From contig CM052817.1 in assembly GCA_028534125.1 (NCBI GenBank), forward strand, positions 38,814,001 through 38,878,000: DNA of 64,000 bases. The letters run 5' to 3'. The notes beneath the pieces were generated by a model. That model did not search any database and was not told where the DNA came from. It was given only the letters and a program-made list of their open reading frames with translations. A program made the translations under genes and the position numbers. Origin of the DNA: Lama glama. Its lineage: Eukaryota. This document shows positions 1-11,929 of this stretch, piece by piece. Numbering within the stretch: the first letter of the stretch is position 1; the number at the start of each line of letters is the position of its first letter.

Positions 1-47
1 CCAGGAAATCCATGACATATTAAGACTCTTTTTCCACCCATTGTTAG

Positions 48-125
48 GAGATTTCTCAGTGGATGTTTACACACATCGCTGTTGTTCGTGACTTAGTAGA
101 CACACAATATAAGGAATATCAGGAG
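48..125 (+). CDS. WDFY3: WDFY3 coding exon (first in window): EISQWMFTHIAVVRDLVDTQYKEYQE
   Basis: ttag|GAG acceptor, GAG|gtaaga donor, 78 nt phase 0/0; peptide recognised as WDFY3 and in frame with next exon. Confidence 0.93.
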
Positions 126-1531
126 GTAAGAATCATAACCATAATAGGTTTTTTTTTTTTAATTCCCCGGGTGAGAAAAGACTTGCCTGTTTCCCCTGAT
201 ATCTTCCTACCGCTTTTAAGGGTAAGTTGCTGAACTGCATTTATCATCAGATAATGTTTTTAGTTATCCATGCCAGCAGCTACTTTGGCTATTGGTTTTA
301 AAACAGAAGGATTGGACCTCCCCATAGGCAAACTACATTAAAAAATGACAGACTGGCGATCAGCATGGCTGAATCCTAATGACATTCACTACCAACATAT
401 TGTATGTGTTTATTCCTAATAAAAATTAAAATATCAGAAAGATCCCTCTCTTTGGGGCTTAACAAGGAGAGTGAAAATATGTATGGAAGTCTCTGAGAAG
501 TCTCTTAAAATTAAAAAAAAATTAAAAGATAAAGTTATTTTTTATTACAAGTACTTGATGATTTTGTGTATAAGAAATAAATTCAATGAAATCCTCTTGG
601 TAAATTCATAATTACTCAGCAACTTATCCTAAATATTTTATTTCCAAAGCAGCTGAGTTCAATCTGTTAAAGAGTTCTGAATGATAAGCTGCTAATATTT
701 TATGAGCATGATACTAAATACTTAGTGTAACAGGATTTCCTCCCACCAGGAACACATAAGTACTACTTCGGTATCAGGTAATATCAGGGTTACTCCTTCA
801 GTAATCATTAGTGTTAGTTGTGTAAAGAGATCTTTATTCTTAGACTTAAATTGTATACTTATATTCCATGAATCATTTGATAAAGTTAGTTATAAGCATC
901 TACTGTTGAAATGTTAATACATTTTGGCATTTGACAGATAGCAAGAAGTTATTCCAAGTCATAAATTTTCATTTATGGAAATTTGGTTTGGATCTATCCC
1001 AGTGGCCAATTAAAAATGGTTTTTCTTTTATTTTTATGTGAATGATAAGTTCCCTGTCAATGCTACATATTTATAGTATTTGCCTTAAATTATTGAAAAT
1101 GTTACAAAGATTACCAGGAATCTTGTATGTTAGCAATATTCTTGACCTGGCTTTCTAGACTTCCTTTTATTCATGTTCAAGTAGCTATTTTACAATTTGT
1201 GGGGAGAGGGGATTCGTCCTGAAATACCGTGTTTATTAACTCACACTGGACTGACTATTTCAGTGTTAGACCAACACTCCAGTCAAGTGTGCTGCCCACT
1301 CTCCCCTGTGCTTAACTTCCATGTCACTGTGGGCCGTCGCTAAAACCCCGCCTTCTCACAAAATCGGTAGCTTACTTTAACCATAAATAAATGTAATTTT
1401 ACTTTCTTAATATTGACTGAAATGATATGGATTGGTTTTTGTTTCCAACCATTAACCGGGTTTTAAGTTATTTGTAAACGTCTAATTGCTGCTCGTGCTT
1501 CTGCTCGTGAACCCCCCTGGACCCCCGCCAG

Positions 1532-1759
1532 CGTCAGCAGAACGCCCTGAAGTACGTGACGGAGGAGTGGTGCCAGATCGAGTACGAGCTGCTGCGGGAG
1601 CGCGGGCTGTGGGGCCCCCCCATCGGGTCCCACCTAGACAAGTGGATGTTGGAGATGACAGAAGGGCCCTGCAGAATGAGGAAAAAAATGGTGCGGAACG
1701 ATATGTTTTATAACCATTACCCTTATGTGCCGGAAACGGAGCAAGAGACGAACGTGGCG
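1532..1759 (+). CDS. WDFY3: WDFY3 exon RQQNALKYVTEEW...EGPCRMRKKM...ETNVA
   Basis: ccag|CGT, GCG|gtgagt; 228 nt; contains W-x-L-x-x-x-EGP-x-RMRKK motif typical upstream of PH-BEACH. Confidence 0.96.
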
Positions 1760-1959
1760 GTGAGTGCGCAGAACTCCGCGTTTGTCATGGTGCTTTCGCG
1801 TTTCCCTTCTCCTTTGTAAGCATTTTCCCTTCTTAGGTCAATTACGTAAAATACCTAATTGAGAAAATTCGATAAACTATGTTAAGTGGATAATGCCAGG
1901 GTGCTGACGGAGGAATGAGGAGATGCAGCGGGGGGGCCCATAGCGAAGTGGCTCCGATC

Positions 1960-2180
1960 CTGGAACCCAGAGCAGACTGCCTGGTCTGAGCCCCGCCTCC
2001 GCCCCCTTAACGCCGGGCGACCTGGCACCGGCCACTTTGACCTCTTTAGGTTCCGGTTTCTTTATGCCTAAAATGGAGAAAATAGCAGTTCTGTTTCAGA
2101 AGCTATTAGGAAGATAAAGTTAGTTTAAATTAGTGATGTACTTAGAATAGGGTCTCGCACAAAATAAGCACTACTTAAGC
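1960..2180 (+). mobile_element. MIR SINE (degenerate)
   Basis: core-like ggtttctttatgcctaaaatggagaaaatagcag and 3' gtacttagaatagggtctcgcacaaaataagcact. Confidence 0.6.
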
Positions 2181-3789
2181 GAGTGTTAAGCAAATAAACA
2201 TTGCCACTAAGCAGTGTTCTCTGAAGAAACACACAGTGCAGCTAGAGTGACAGCAGCCTGAGTGTGTAGATCTTCCGTTGATGTTGAGAAGATTCGTCAC
2301 TGGTTCCACGGGTTTAAAACAAACAGCATTTACCCTTACATTTTTTTTCCTTCAGACAAGTTACCCCTCCCAAAGCCTTCATTCAGATTTTTGCATATGA
2401 CCAGGAAAATTTTGTCTAAGCTGATAGTGATCCAGGAATCATGTTTTTACATTTGGGAAAATATAGTCTTGCCCAATAAAGTCACTACGAATTTATAAGG
2501 AAAACCATTCATGGCTTAAGTACTTTCATATTCTTGACTTTAATGTGATTCTCTCAACAACTGAAGAAACGAAGATTTATAAAGGAGACTTAGAACTTGG
2601 GTCTTCTAACAAGCAGTTCAGATCATGTAACAGGAGGCAACCTGCATTGTTCCATGTGTGTTTTTTTCTCTGCCAAAACCCTGGCTCCATTTATCTTGTA
2701 CTAATCGACTCCACAGCTGTCCTGATACTACTTAGAATATAGGTCTTAGACCCACTCATATATAGTTATTTAAGATTTTTTAAGATAGCTCCTTAAAGTT
2801 TACTTTTCTCAGAGCTATTCCATTCTGTCAACGCCATACTTGGTAAAGTTGTAATTATAATTTTGAATACTACAGCACTATGTAAAAAAAAAAAATCACC
2901 CATATTTTTGCAGCTTTTTTCTAGCACCTACTTTTGTCAGAGCAAACCAGCAGTACAATCTCTAATTTTTCATCTATTATCCCCAAATGAAATAATTGAT
3001 TAAGAACTTAAGCCTGTAGCAGTTTGATATTTCTTACTGAGTCAACACTCAGTCAAGTGGACTCTATTCAAGAATACTAACATGGATGAAAATGTTCTTG
3101 TAAATATGTGCCCGTTCACTATTTTTATTCAACTGAGGCATATGCTTTTTGAGTTATATAACCACGGTATTTTTTTAATCTTGTCTACTCCTTTCCTTCT
3201 TTATAACAATGTCATTTGTTTTACAAAAGTATATTTAAAGTTCTGTATCAGATAAAAACAAAATAACCTATTCAGAGTTCACACAACCTTAACATCATTA
3301 GCATTTTACCTAAGCAAAGGAGTTCACCAGCCTGTGAAATCTAAACAGTCTCAGAAATAAGTGTGTACCATATGGAACTTTTTTTTTTAACCAGATGGGC
3401 TACATACTGGAAAATACAAAGCAGTAAAGAAATGTTGGAAATACGTCTACAAAAAAGGAAAAAGCAGGTGGGAAGGGGAGACGATTACAGATTGTGGAAT
3501 TCATCTTGCTTAGTTCACGCACCAGTCAAGGTTAATCTGCTGTGATGAAATTTTCTGAATGAATAATGATTTCGGTATTGCCACTTTAGAATTTTTTGTA
3601 AATCTGAAACGCCATTAAATGTCTACTTTTATTTTATGGAATATGCAATCTGGCAATGTTGATAGCAAGGAAAATTCCAAAAAGTAGAAGCAACTGCTAT
3701 CCCGCTAATTTCTATTGTGAAGTCAAAAAAAAAGAAGAGCAGATACTTACAAAGCACAGTGAGCTCGATGCTCTGCAGAGCGGTTTGCT

Positions 3790-3990
3790 TGCAGTTTCAC
3801 TTATGTCTCATGACAGCCCTCTGAAGTATGTTATGTTATTATCCCAGTTTTACAGATGAGAAACAAATCTAGAAGTTAAGGAACCCCTTCTGGATCACAG
3901 CTACTAAGTAACAGAGTGAGATATGATGAGTGTAAGTTGACGGCTCCTCAGAAGCTGAGTTGCTCTTGAAGAAGAAAAGATTCTGACCTT
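3790..3990 (-). mobile_element. MIR SINE
   Basis: ttattatcccagttttacagatgagaaac...gaagttaag...cacagctactaagtaacagag, MIR core antisense. Confidence 0.7.
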
Positions 3991-4196
3991 TGGTGGTTTT
4001 CAAGACAGTATCCATAGACAGTGAATTTCTTCCAGACAGGAACCATATACTTGGTTTTGTCTCTAATGCTGAAGAGTGTCTAGAACTTAATAAGTGTTGA
4101 GTGAATGGGCTTGCCAGCTGTCTTCGGAAGTTAGAATGTATCCTTTGCTCCCCATCCAGCATTCTTAGAGAATTTTTCTAATCATTTTTCCGCTAA

Positions 4197-4382
4197 AGAG
4201 GGCTAGAGCCAAATTTTGAGGGGATGAAGTTTATGTAACTTGGGGAGGGCGTATAAGAAGAAGTATGAAATTATGAATGCAAATTACTAAGGCCCCCTCA
4301 CCCAGGGTTTTGAAAGGAGCCTATGGAAAGTGAAGGCTGTCAAAGTGTAAGCTTCATTAACTTTGTGGTAAATCCTCCTCTG
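4197..4382. mobile_element. Short non-autonomous hAT-Tip100 (Zaphod-related) DNA transposon fossil
   Basis: end aagcttcattaactttgtggtaaatcctcctctg and internal segments resemble recalled Zaphod-type termini. Confidence 0.55.
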
Positions 4383-5499
4383 CTCTGAACTGTATTAAAT
4401 ATGGCCTCCCTGAGTTGGAGATCCGTCACATCGTACCTTTCAGCTCCCATAAATGCATTGCCCTCCTTGCACACATGTTTATAGAATATAGGCTGTACTT
4501 TTTACCATGTAACAGGTATATCAAGTATAACAGGTGCCACCTAAAAATTGCTTTTGAAGCATCTTGACAGGTAAAACAGGCTTTACCTGGAGCAAAGGCA
4601 AATGATTTGATCTTTGCATTATTGATTAAGAACAATTATTGTTTTACGTGACCTTTAAATTTTTAGTCTGTTGCTTGCACTGAACGAGTACAGCAATGAT
4701 TTAAAAGTTTAGGTTCTTGTTTTTAAAAGTTTGATGTGTTAGAAATTAATCAAGTAATTATTTCTTTGGGCGTTAAAGTTTTATTTCTTTAAGCTGAGTA
4801 ATGTTACATACTGTATTAAAAATAACTTCCTATTATAAGTTTTGAACTTTTTTTATTTTTAAATTAGATGTCTGTTTATAGAATGTAGAACATATTTTAA
4901 TGTTTCATTTATCACAGACCTAAAAGCTTTGAAAGTTTATCAACTGAATAAAAATATATGTAGGTGTCACAGGACTAGAAACTAAGCAGATCATTCAGGA
5001 AATTCCATTGCCAGAAATGTAGAAAAACTGGAAGTAAAAGGACTATAAAATTATTTTTGAGAAATTATGACTGAAAAATTTAGATTTCTGTATAAGCATA
5101 ATTATGATAATAGCTTAGTTATAAAATTGTTAAAGATGAGAGCTATGATAATACCAAAATTATTGTTATACATCTTTGTTATTGAACACTGTGCCTTTTA
5201 GTAAAATGAGAACCTCAAGTCAGCCAGTGGCTCAATGTGCTGTAAGCTGCAGGGAAAATACGAGTGCGTACATGTCAGACCCTGCCCCCATTCTGGCTGG
5301 GGCATAGAGTGGACATCAGAGTTGAGTTTGACAGTAGTCATTGGTCCACTTTGCTGTATCGGTTTATTATAGATCTATCCTGTGATCTATCTTTTTTTTT
5401 TAAAATTAACTTCAAACTGAGTTGCAGAATCAGTACCCTTCACCCCGAACACTTCCACATGTAGTAGTTCAATATTTGTAGTTCAATATTTGTTTATAA

Positions 5500-5630
5500 T
5501 TCCCTTTTATTGATGTAAATTTTACATACACTGAAATATATAAATCTTAAATGTGCCATTCAGTGAGTTTTAACAAATGTGTAGTATATACTAATGTAAC
5601 CCAAATCTCTACCAAGACCAAGAACGTGTT
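5500..5630 (-). mobile_element. Old L1 3'-end fragment
   Basis: ttttattgatgtaaattttacatacactgaaat...aatcttaaatgt...gagttttaacaaatg pattern. Confidence 0.55.
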
Positions 5631-6617
5631 GATGTATTTTAAAGATTATCCTTCAATATAAGGTATGCTTTTAAAAGTTTGTTTTTAAGGAGCAAGGTTT
5701 ACTAAAACGATATGAAGTATTTGAAAGTATGCCCAGCCATCCAGTGTTTGTTTTGCCAAAGGAAGCAAACATTTGAGAAAGCATTTTGCCTGCTCACATT
5801 TACTCTAGGGAAAGGTACTAGAAGTCATCTCCAGATATAAGCCGTGAAAAGGAAGAAAAATTGGAATAGTTCTTGGATGTGTTATTGTCTGTCTGTCATT
5901 ATCTCTGTTTACATGCATAATCCACAGACTCCAGCTCAACAGAAATTGCCTTCTTGTTAATTGGAATTTTATTCTGAGAATAAATTATAAAGCTACTACC
6001 TAATTCTTTAAAAAGTACTTTTTACAAAAACTTTTTGTTTGCAGGCTGATGATGCAGCCTCCCTTCTTTCAGCCTTTCTGGGGTCATAGCCGAGAAGGTA
6101 GCGAAGGAAGTAGGTTCTTGGGCTTTTACGGTTAGAGGGTTTTTTTTTTTTGCTAACGAGCACTTAGTGATTTCTGTGGTTGGGAGTATTGTAGGTTAAT
6201 AGTTTAAATCGGTTGCTTCTGTTACAACACAGACCTAGGGATAAACACAGTAAAAGGTAGGTGGAAGATAATAGCTAGCATTAAGTTCTATTTTCCAGCT
6301 TTCTGTTTTTCCCCTTTGACGCCTACATAGAGTTGCCTGTAAGTCATCCATGACAGCCTGTGTGATCTGTAAATTTGTCCTGTTCAGTAGCCTTGAGAAT
6401 TTTCCTGTATTTAAGTTTTACTTTAAAACTACTTTTGATAATAGAGAGAATAGTCACATCACATGATGCTAAGTGATGACAAGCAGCTTAGGATATCATA
6501 TGAATTTTGAGTGAGTGCATCTTCCATATTTCATACAGTCCTCAAGATTATTTTACTTTTGTGTTGTTCTTTATGTTGTTTTTTTCTGATGTGTCTATAC
6601 TTAATACCTGTTTTCAG

Positions 6618-6671
6618 TCTGAGATCCCAAGTAAACAGCCTGAGACACCCGATGATACCATTCCTCAAAAG
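6618..6671 (+). CDS. WDFY3: WDFY3 short symmetric exon SEIPSKQPETPDDTIPQK (probable cassette)
   Basis: tttcag|TCT, AAG|gtaaaa; 54 nt phase 0/0; matches recalled WDFY3 linker. Confidence 0.9.
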
Positions 6672-8894
6672 GTAAAACACAAGTTACCACAAAAGAATGC
6701 AAAATACTTGCAGTTTTGTTTTTTGAGTATTTTTGTTTTGTTTTTTTGTTTGTTTGTTTTTGTTTTTAGTGCATGGTAGACTAGACTAACTTAAAGGACT
6801 GACTTTCAATTTGTTGTTTCTGTAAGTTCCTTAGAGTTGAAAAGTTAGTTTCATTCATGCTGGGAGATGTTCCAGTCTCTCTCAGCTTTGTTCTGATTAG
6901 CTTTCTAGGGTCTGTATGCTGCTCACTAACAGGCTGAGTGTTCACTGCTCTCACCGTGAGATGTGTACCGCTTCACACATGAACGAACTAACAAGTCCCA
7001 AGGCATGTTAGTAATGGGCAGTCTGACACCATCAACTTTTTTTTTAATTACTCATTTAATTCTTCTAGATATTAAACAGTATATATTTTGAGAATGCAAG
7101 TATATCCCCTTTCAAAATTTCTCTTTTCAATCAGAAGGAACTAAATGGAAAATAAGAATGTGTGATCACTTTTTAAATACAATTTTATTTTAATTAGTTT
7201 AAATTTTTATAATTGTTCTTTTTTTCTCCAGAAAGATTGAGTATATAATTCAGTTTTTTTAAAATGCAGTTCTTTACAGTGCAGAAATATACTTTAAAAT
7301 ATTTGGGGGAAGATGCTAATAGTTCCAAGTTTAAGTTGGATATGAAGTCAGTAATCAAGTAGATGTTGTCCACATCTATTAATTCATTGTCTTGCCCATC
7401 ACTAACTATGCTTTCGTCTTTTTAACATTGAACAATTTTGAGTTGAAGGTAATTGTTAAACCTCACGTAGAGTATTGTTACAGTACAAAATTTGCTTTCA
7501 TTTCAAAAATATCAAATATTCTTATTAGTTTGCTCATCAGGTTGATCCTCCCATAATTGTTTATTATTTCACATCATTTCAGTACTTTCCTCTGTGATGT
7601 AATATATTTTGTTTTTCATTTGATGAGTGTCATTCATTCATCAGTCAGCATGCAGCTCTCTCCACTCCCTGACTCTGTGCCTGAAGTTAAAAGAAGGGTA
7701 ATGGTGGCTCGAGTTAGGCATCTTTCATCTCAAAATTGGCTCAGTATTTTAGTCTAAATATTCCAACCAGTTGGACACTTGTTTTCCACTTCAGTTGGAA
7801 ATTATTTTTTAAAAGGTCTTGCTTGAAATAAGCATTATTATAGATAATACATATTAACCACTGGAGTTGAAGAGTTAGTCTGACAGAATATTTTCAGTCA
7901 GATATTCTTATTCATAAGAAAGGAAAAGTGAAATAATGTTTAGAAAGGGAAGGGTTTAAAGCATGTTTCAAGCTCCATCTTTTTCTTAATTGTTAATTCA
8001 AAGTCTGAGTCTAATTCTGAACAGGGAACCTGTATACATATAAACTTCTCCATATGATTTTAAGTTTTTGTAGGAAATTTTAAACCTTTTTCATTGTCTA
8101 TGGTTTTTGCATCAATTGGAGAACCTGTTTTTAGGATAAATATTAATTATTCTGAAAGGGACATGCTCTTGTATCATACGTCAAAAAGTTCTTCTAAAGT
8201 TTCTAGGTATTACTTTCTTCAAAATGGACTTAAATGTGCTTTTGATATACTCATTTAGTTAGTAAGTTTATAGATCATATTCTTTTACACCACAGACAAC
8301 AGGGGTGTTTTAGCAAATTAGAGATACCAGCTCAGAGTGGTAGAGCAACTAGGCAGTGTCATCTGGCCTGAAGCTGGTTGATGCCACATGGGGTCAGGAC
8401 TCTGAGGGTTTCAGCCGTTTCCAGAGTTCCAGTGAGACATGGGAATATGGGAAGGAACAGGGCAGCTTCGGGTCTTTACCTCCAGGTATCTGAAGTAAAC
8501 ACTCCCATGGGTGATTCCAACTGAATGGATGGCCCTTAGGCCTAACCTTTTTTATTTTACTTGGAGTGGAAGCAAATTTCCAGGCTCCTCACGGACTAGA
8601 CACCCCCTTGCAACTTGATGTTCTCAGCGCTGGGCGTTCTCCCTGCTGTACTGATGCACCGGTGAGGCTGTACTGTACTAACAAGAAAACATCTGACTAG
8701 AGATGATATCTTTCTTTTTTCGAGAAGAGCAAAACTGCTAATATTGTTGTTTTGTATTTGTCTTTTCAAAATCAATGCAATTTAAAAATAGAAAAGCTTA
8801 ACCCCAAAGTTTCTTTGGATTTACTCTTTATAAATACTGTCTATTAATTCTTGAAGAAAAGTCTTCTGAGTCCTTTCCTTTTGTTGTTTCTTAG

Positions 8895-9063
8895 AAACCT
8901 GCTCGATACAGAAGAGCCGTAAGTTATGACAGTAAGGAGTACTACATGCGACTGGCCTCTGGGAACCCAGCCATTGTCCAAGATGCCATCGTAGAGAGTT
9001 CTGAAGGTGAAGCCGCTCAGCAAGAACCAGAGCATGGTGAAGACACTATCGCTAAAGTCAAAG
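8895..9063 (+). CDS. WDFY3: WDFY3 exon KPARYRRAVSYDSKEYYM...AKVK
   Basis: cttag|AAA, AAG|gtcggc; 169 nt phase 0/1. Confidence 0.94.
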
Positions 9064-9677
9064 GTCGGCCTTCCTCTTTGATTCTAATTAAAAGCCATTT
9101 GGGAGCATTCCTTCTACTTGAATTTATATGAACATAATTAGCAACTGTGAACAGTGGGGCCAACTTTAAAAGTATCCATGCATGCCTTACCACCTCACCC
9201 TTCTTCAAGATAGATTTCTATCTCAGAACTAAAGAGACTATCCCCTCTTTATTGCCTGCAGATGAATGTAAGTGCTCACTGGCTTGATAATTATATTTAT
9301 TGAATCTGGCAGTGGCACCTGATATTTTAAGTTAAGGCCCTCATAACTAAATAAATATTTATAAAGTTGAAACAGCCCCTTCCTGCAGCTTCTCTGTGAT
9401 CTGGGCCTTAACAAGCCCTACCTGGTCTCGAAGACACTGGTCAAATTGTCCTCCTCTGATCCTTTTGCAGCAATAGCACTCTGTTCCAACAGCACTTTGC
9501 TCATATCTCGGACAGCAGTTTCAGTGGTCTTTCACTGCTTTATGTTTTCCTAAATTGTAAGCATCTCAGAAGCAGATGCTTACATTATACCTATTCTGTC
9601 TCTTGCTGACTATGAATTACTAAACATTTCATAATCGATCTAACATTTTCATTGAACCCCTGAGACTTTTAGTTGTT

Positions 9678-9928
9678 TTTTTTGTTTGTTTTGGGGTTTT
9701 GGGGGGTGGGGGGAGGTAATTAGGTTTGTTTATTTACTTATTCTTACAGGAGATACTGGGGATTGAACCCAGGATCTCATGCATGCTAAGCACGCACTCT
9801 ACCACTTGAGCTATACCCTACCCTCCCCCCTTGATTTTTTTCTCTCTTTTTTTTTTTATGAGAGGGAGGTAATTGGGTTTTAATTTATTTATTTATTTAT
9901 TTATTTGGAGGAGGTACTGGGGATTGAA
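9678..9928 (-). mobile_element. Two tandem tRNA-Ala-derived camelid-type SINEs (Vic-1-like): full-length head 9749-9830 plus a 5'-truncated copy
   Basis: Reverse strand GGGTATAGCTCAAGTGGTAGAG...GGTTCAATCCCCAG (A/B boxes), AATTACCTCCC tail; 16-bp direct repeat gagacttttagttgtt at 9662-9677 and 9929-9944. Confidence 0.85.
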
Positions 9929-10899
9929 GAGACTTTTAGTTGTTGAACAGAGTTTTCAACCTTCTCGTTTCTCAACACTCCACTCGCAAAGTTACTGAGA
10001 TGGGTCCAAATCTGTATTTACTGGCCATAAGCTGGGGTATATAATTCACAGAGTTTATGTTTGGGTCATTGGCATTTGATTTCTCTTGGCCTCATTTTCC
10101 TAATCTCCAATTGAGCTAAAGCCACAAATATTGGTGTCACTGCTATAATATGCAAGATACTGTGCTAGACATAGAGTTGGAGGTCTTGATTCATCAAATT
10201 GAAAATAAAGCAGCTGCAAGCTTTTCCCCCTTGTGAATGTTCTCAGCAGGACTTGATCTTTCTTACTTATTTATTATATTCTTTCATATGTGACAATAAG
10301 GTTCTTCCCAAGGCAAAGCAGAACCTCTGATAACTCGTGTTCAGAGGATAGGATTCTATCAGACTAACTTATGTTTTTCCAAATTTCTTAGAGCAACTAG
10401 CACTGGTAGATGTAACAGTGCTTTTTTTTGTACAACTAAAGAATAGGAAAATAAATGTGAGATTCAGAGTTCATTTTTGAGTACTTCCCAGACTTTGGGG
10501 TATCAGTGGTTGCTCTCATTAGCTGATTTTAATTTTACCTCATGTGGTTATTAATAAAATTACTGAAATGTAGGCAGTAAAATGTTAACTTATTCGGCAA
10601 ATTATCTGGCCCTGTACTAAAAAGAATTATGTTCTTGTTCTTTATGACCTGATGATTTGATCAAATTCATTCACATATGAGTGGCCATACTGCCACTTGT
10701 AACATGAGTCTTGAAATAGTCCTCATGGGCCCTCCAGGTAGGTGGGATCTCATATAATAGTGTTTATAACTTGTGTCTTTGTTTCTGATAATGGTTGATT
10801 ATCTCTTGCCGGTATCCCCTCAGTGACACCTGTCCATTAGCACCATACTCTTACCATCAATTATGCTAAGCTCTCTATTTATCATCATCTGACCCTTAT

Positions 10900-11100
10900 T
10901 GAGAATTTACCATTTACTAAGCATAATACAAAGCACTTTGTGTGAATTACCTGTTTTAGTCCTTCAGCAGTCCTCCAGGTGTCCAGAATAGGTAGTACTC
11001 TTGTCCCGGTTTTAAAGATGACAAACGAAGGCTCAGAGTGGGGCAGACAGTGTTCTCAGCTCCAGAGGCTGCGCCGTTGACCACTGAGCCTCGCTGCCTC
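10900..11100 (-). mobile_element. MIR SINE
   Basis: aaagcactttg...cagtcctccagg...cccggttttaaagatgacaaacgaaggctcagag. Confidence 0.55.
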
Positions 11101-11223
11101 CCCCTACCTTCCGGCATCGCCTCAGGTGGGGAGCGTGCAGGAGGCACTGCTTGAGACTAAGCCACTCCCCCAGAGTGGCCCCTGCAAGACCGCAACATGA
11201 CCCTCTTAGTTCTTATCCTACAG

Positions 11224-11387
11224 GACTGGTCAAGCCTCCTCTGAAACGGTCTCGATCTGCACCTGACGGAGGAGATGAGGAGACACAGGAGCAGCTGCAA
11301 GACCAGATTGCCGAGGGCAGCTCTATAGAGGAAGAGGAGAAGACGGACAATGCCACTCTGCTGCGCCTCCTAGAGGAGGGAGAAAAG
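11224..11387 (+). CDS. WDFY3: WDFY3 exon GLVKPPLKRSRS...LLEEGEK
   Basis: acag|GA, AAG|gtgctg; 164 nt phase 1/0. Confidence 0.94.
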
Positions 11388-11929
11388 GTGCTGTGCTTCT
11401 GAGAAGGAGGCATCGTATTAAGGGATTTGAGTCCATTTTACAACAGTAGTTAATGGGTATCTCTCTGGTGGCCAGTGATAAATGAGAAATTTAGCCTTCG
11501 TGATGAAGTCAGTAGTCAGCACCCTTTTGGGTTCAGGCCTCTGCTTCTCTCACCCTCAGGATTCTCTGACCTCCCTGACCTCCCTGACCTCCCTGAACAG
11601 CATGAAGTGTACCGGATGCAGTGTTAGTAGCTGATACCTCGCTCACTGTCTCCCTCTGCTGTTTGAGTCTGCCACTCTCACCCTAATTTTCTGTTTCACA
11701 CCCATGCACGCAGCCCGTTCAGTGACGCAGCCTTGTATTGCTTCCTCCGCCTCTGTAGTTCCAGCGACCACACGAGCAGCTTCACCAGCCCGTGTCATCA
11801 CCCCCAGCCTTGTGTTTAACGCCTGCCCTCCTTCCCTCACAGGAGACTACTTTGCCTTCCTATTTCTCTCTCAACCTCCTACACCCTGCCAGCGCATCTA
11901 GGCTCACTTTGCTGGCTCCTCCTCGTAGC

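Noticed and set aside
3395..3467. Exon-like 73-nt segment (accag|ATG...CAG|gtggga) with early TAA
   Set aside because: Only splice-site resemblance; such pseudo-exons are common and no regulator motif cluster was seen
9749..9830. tRNA-Ala-like sequence (also 24069-24144)
   Set aside because: Has SINE tail and TSD with degenerate stems; not a tRNA gene
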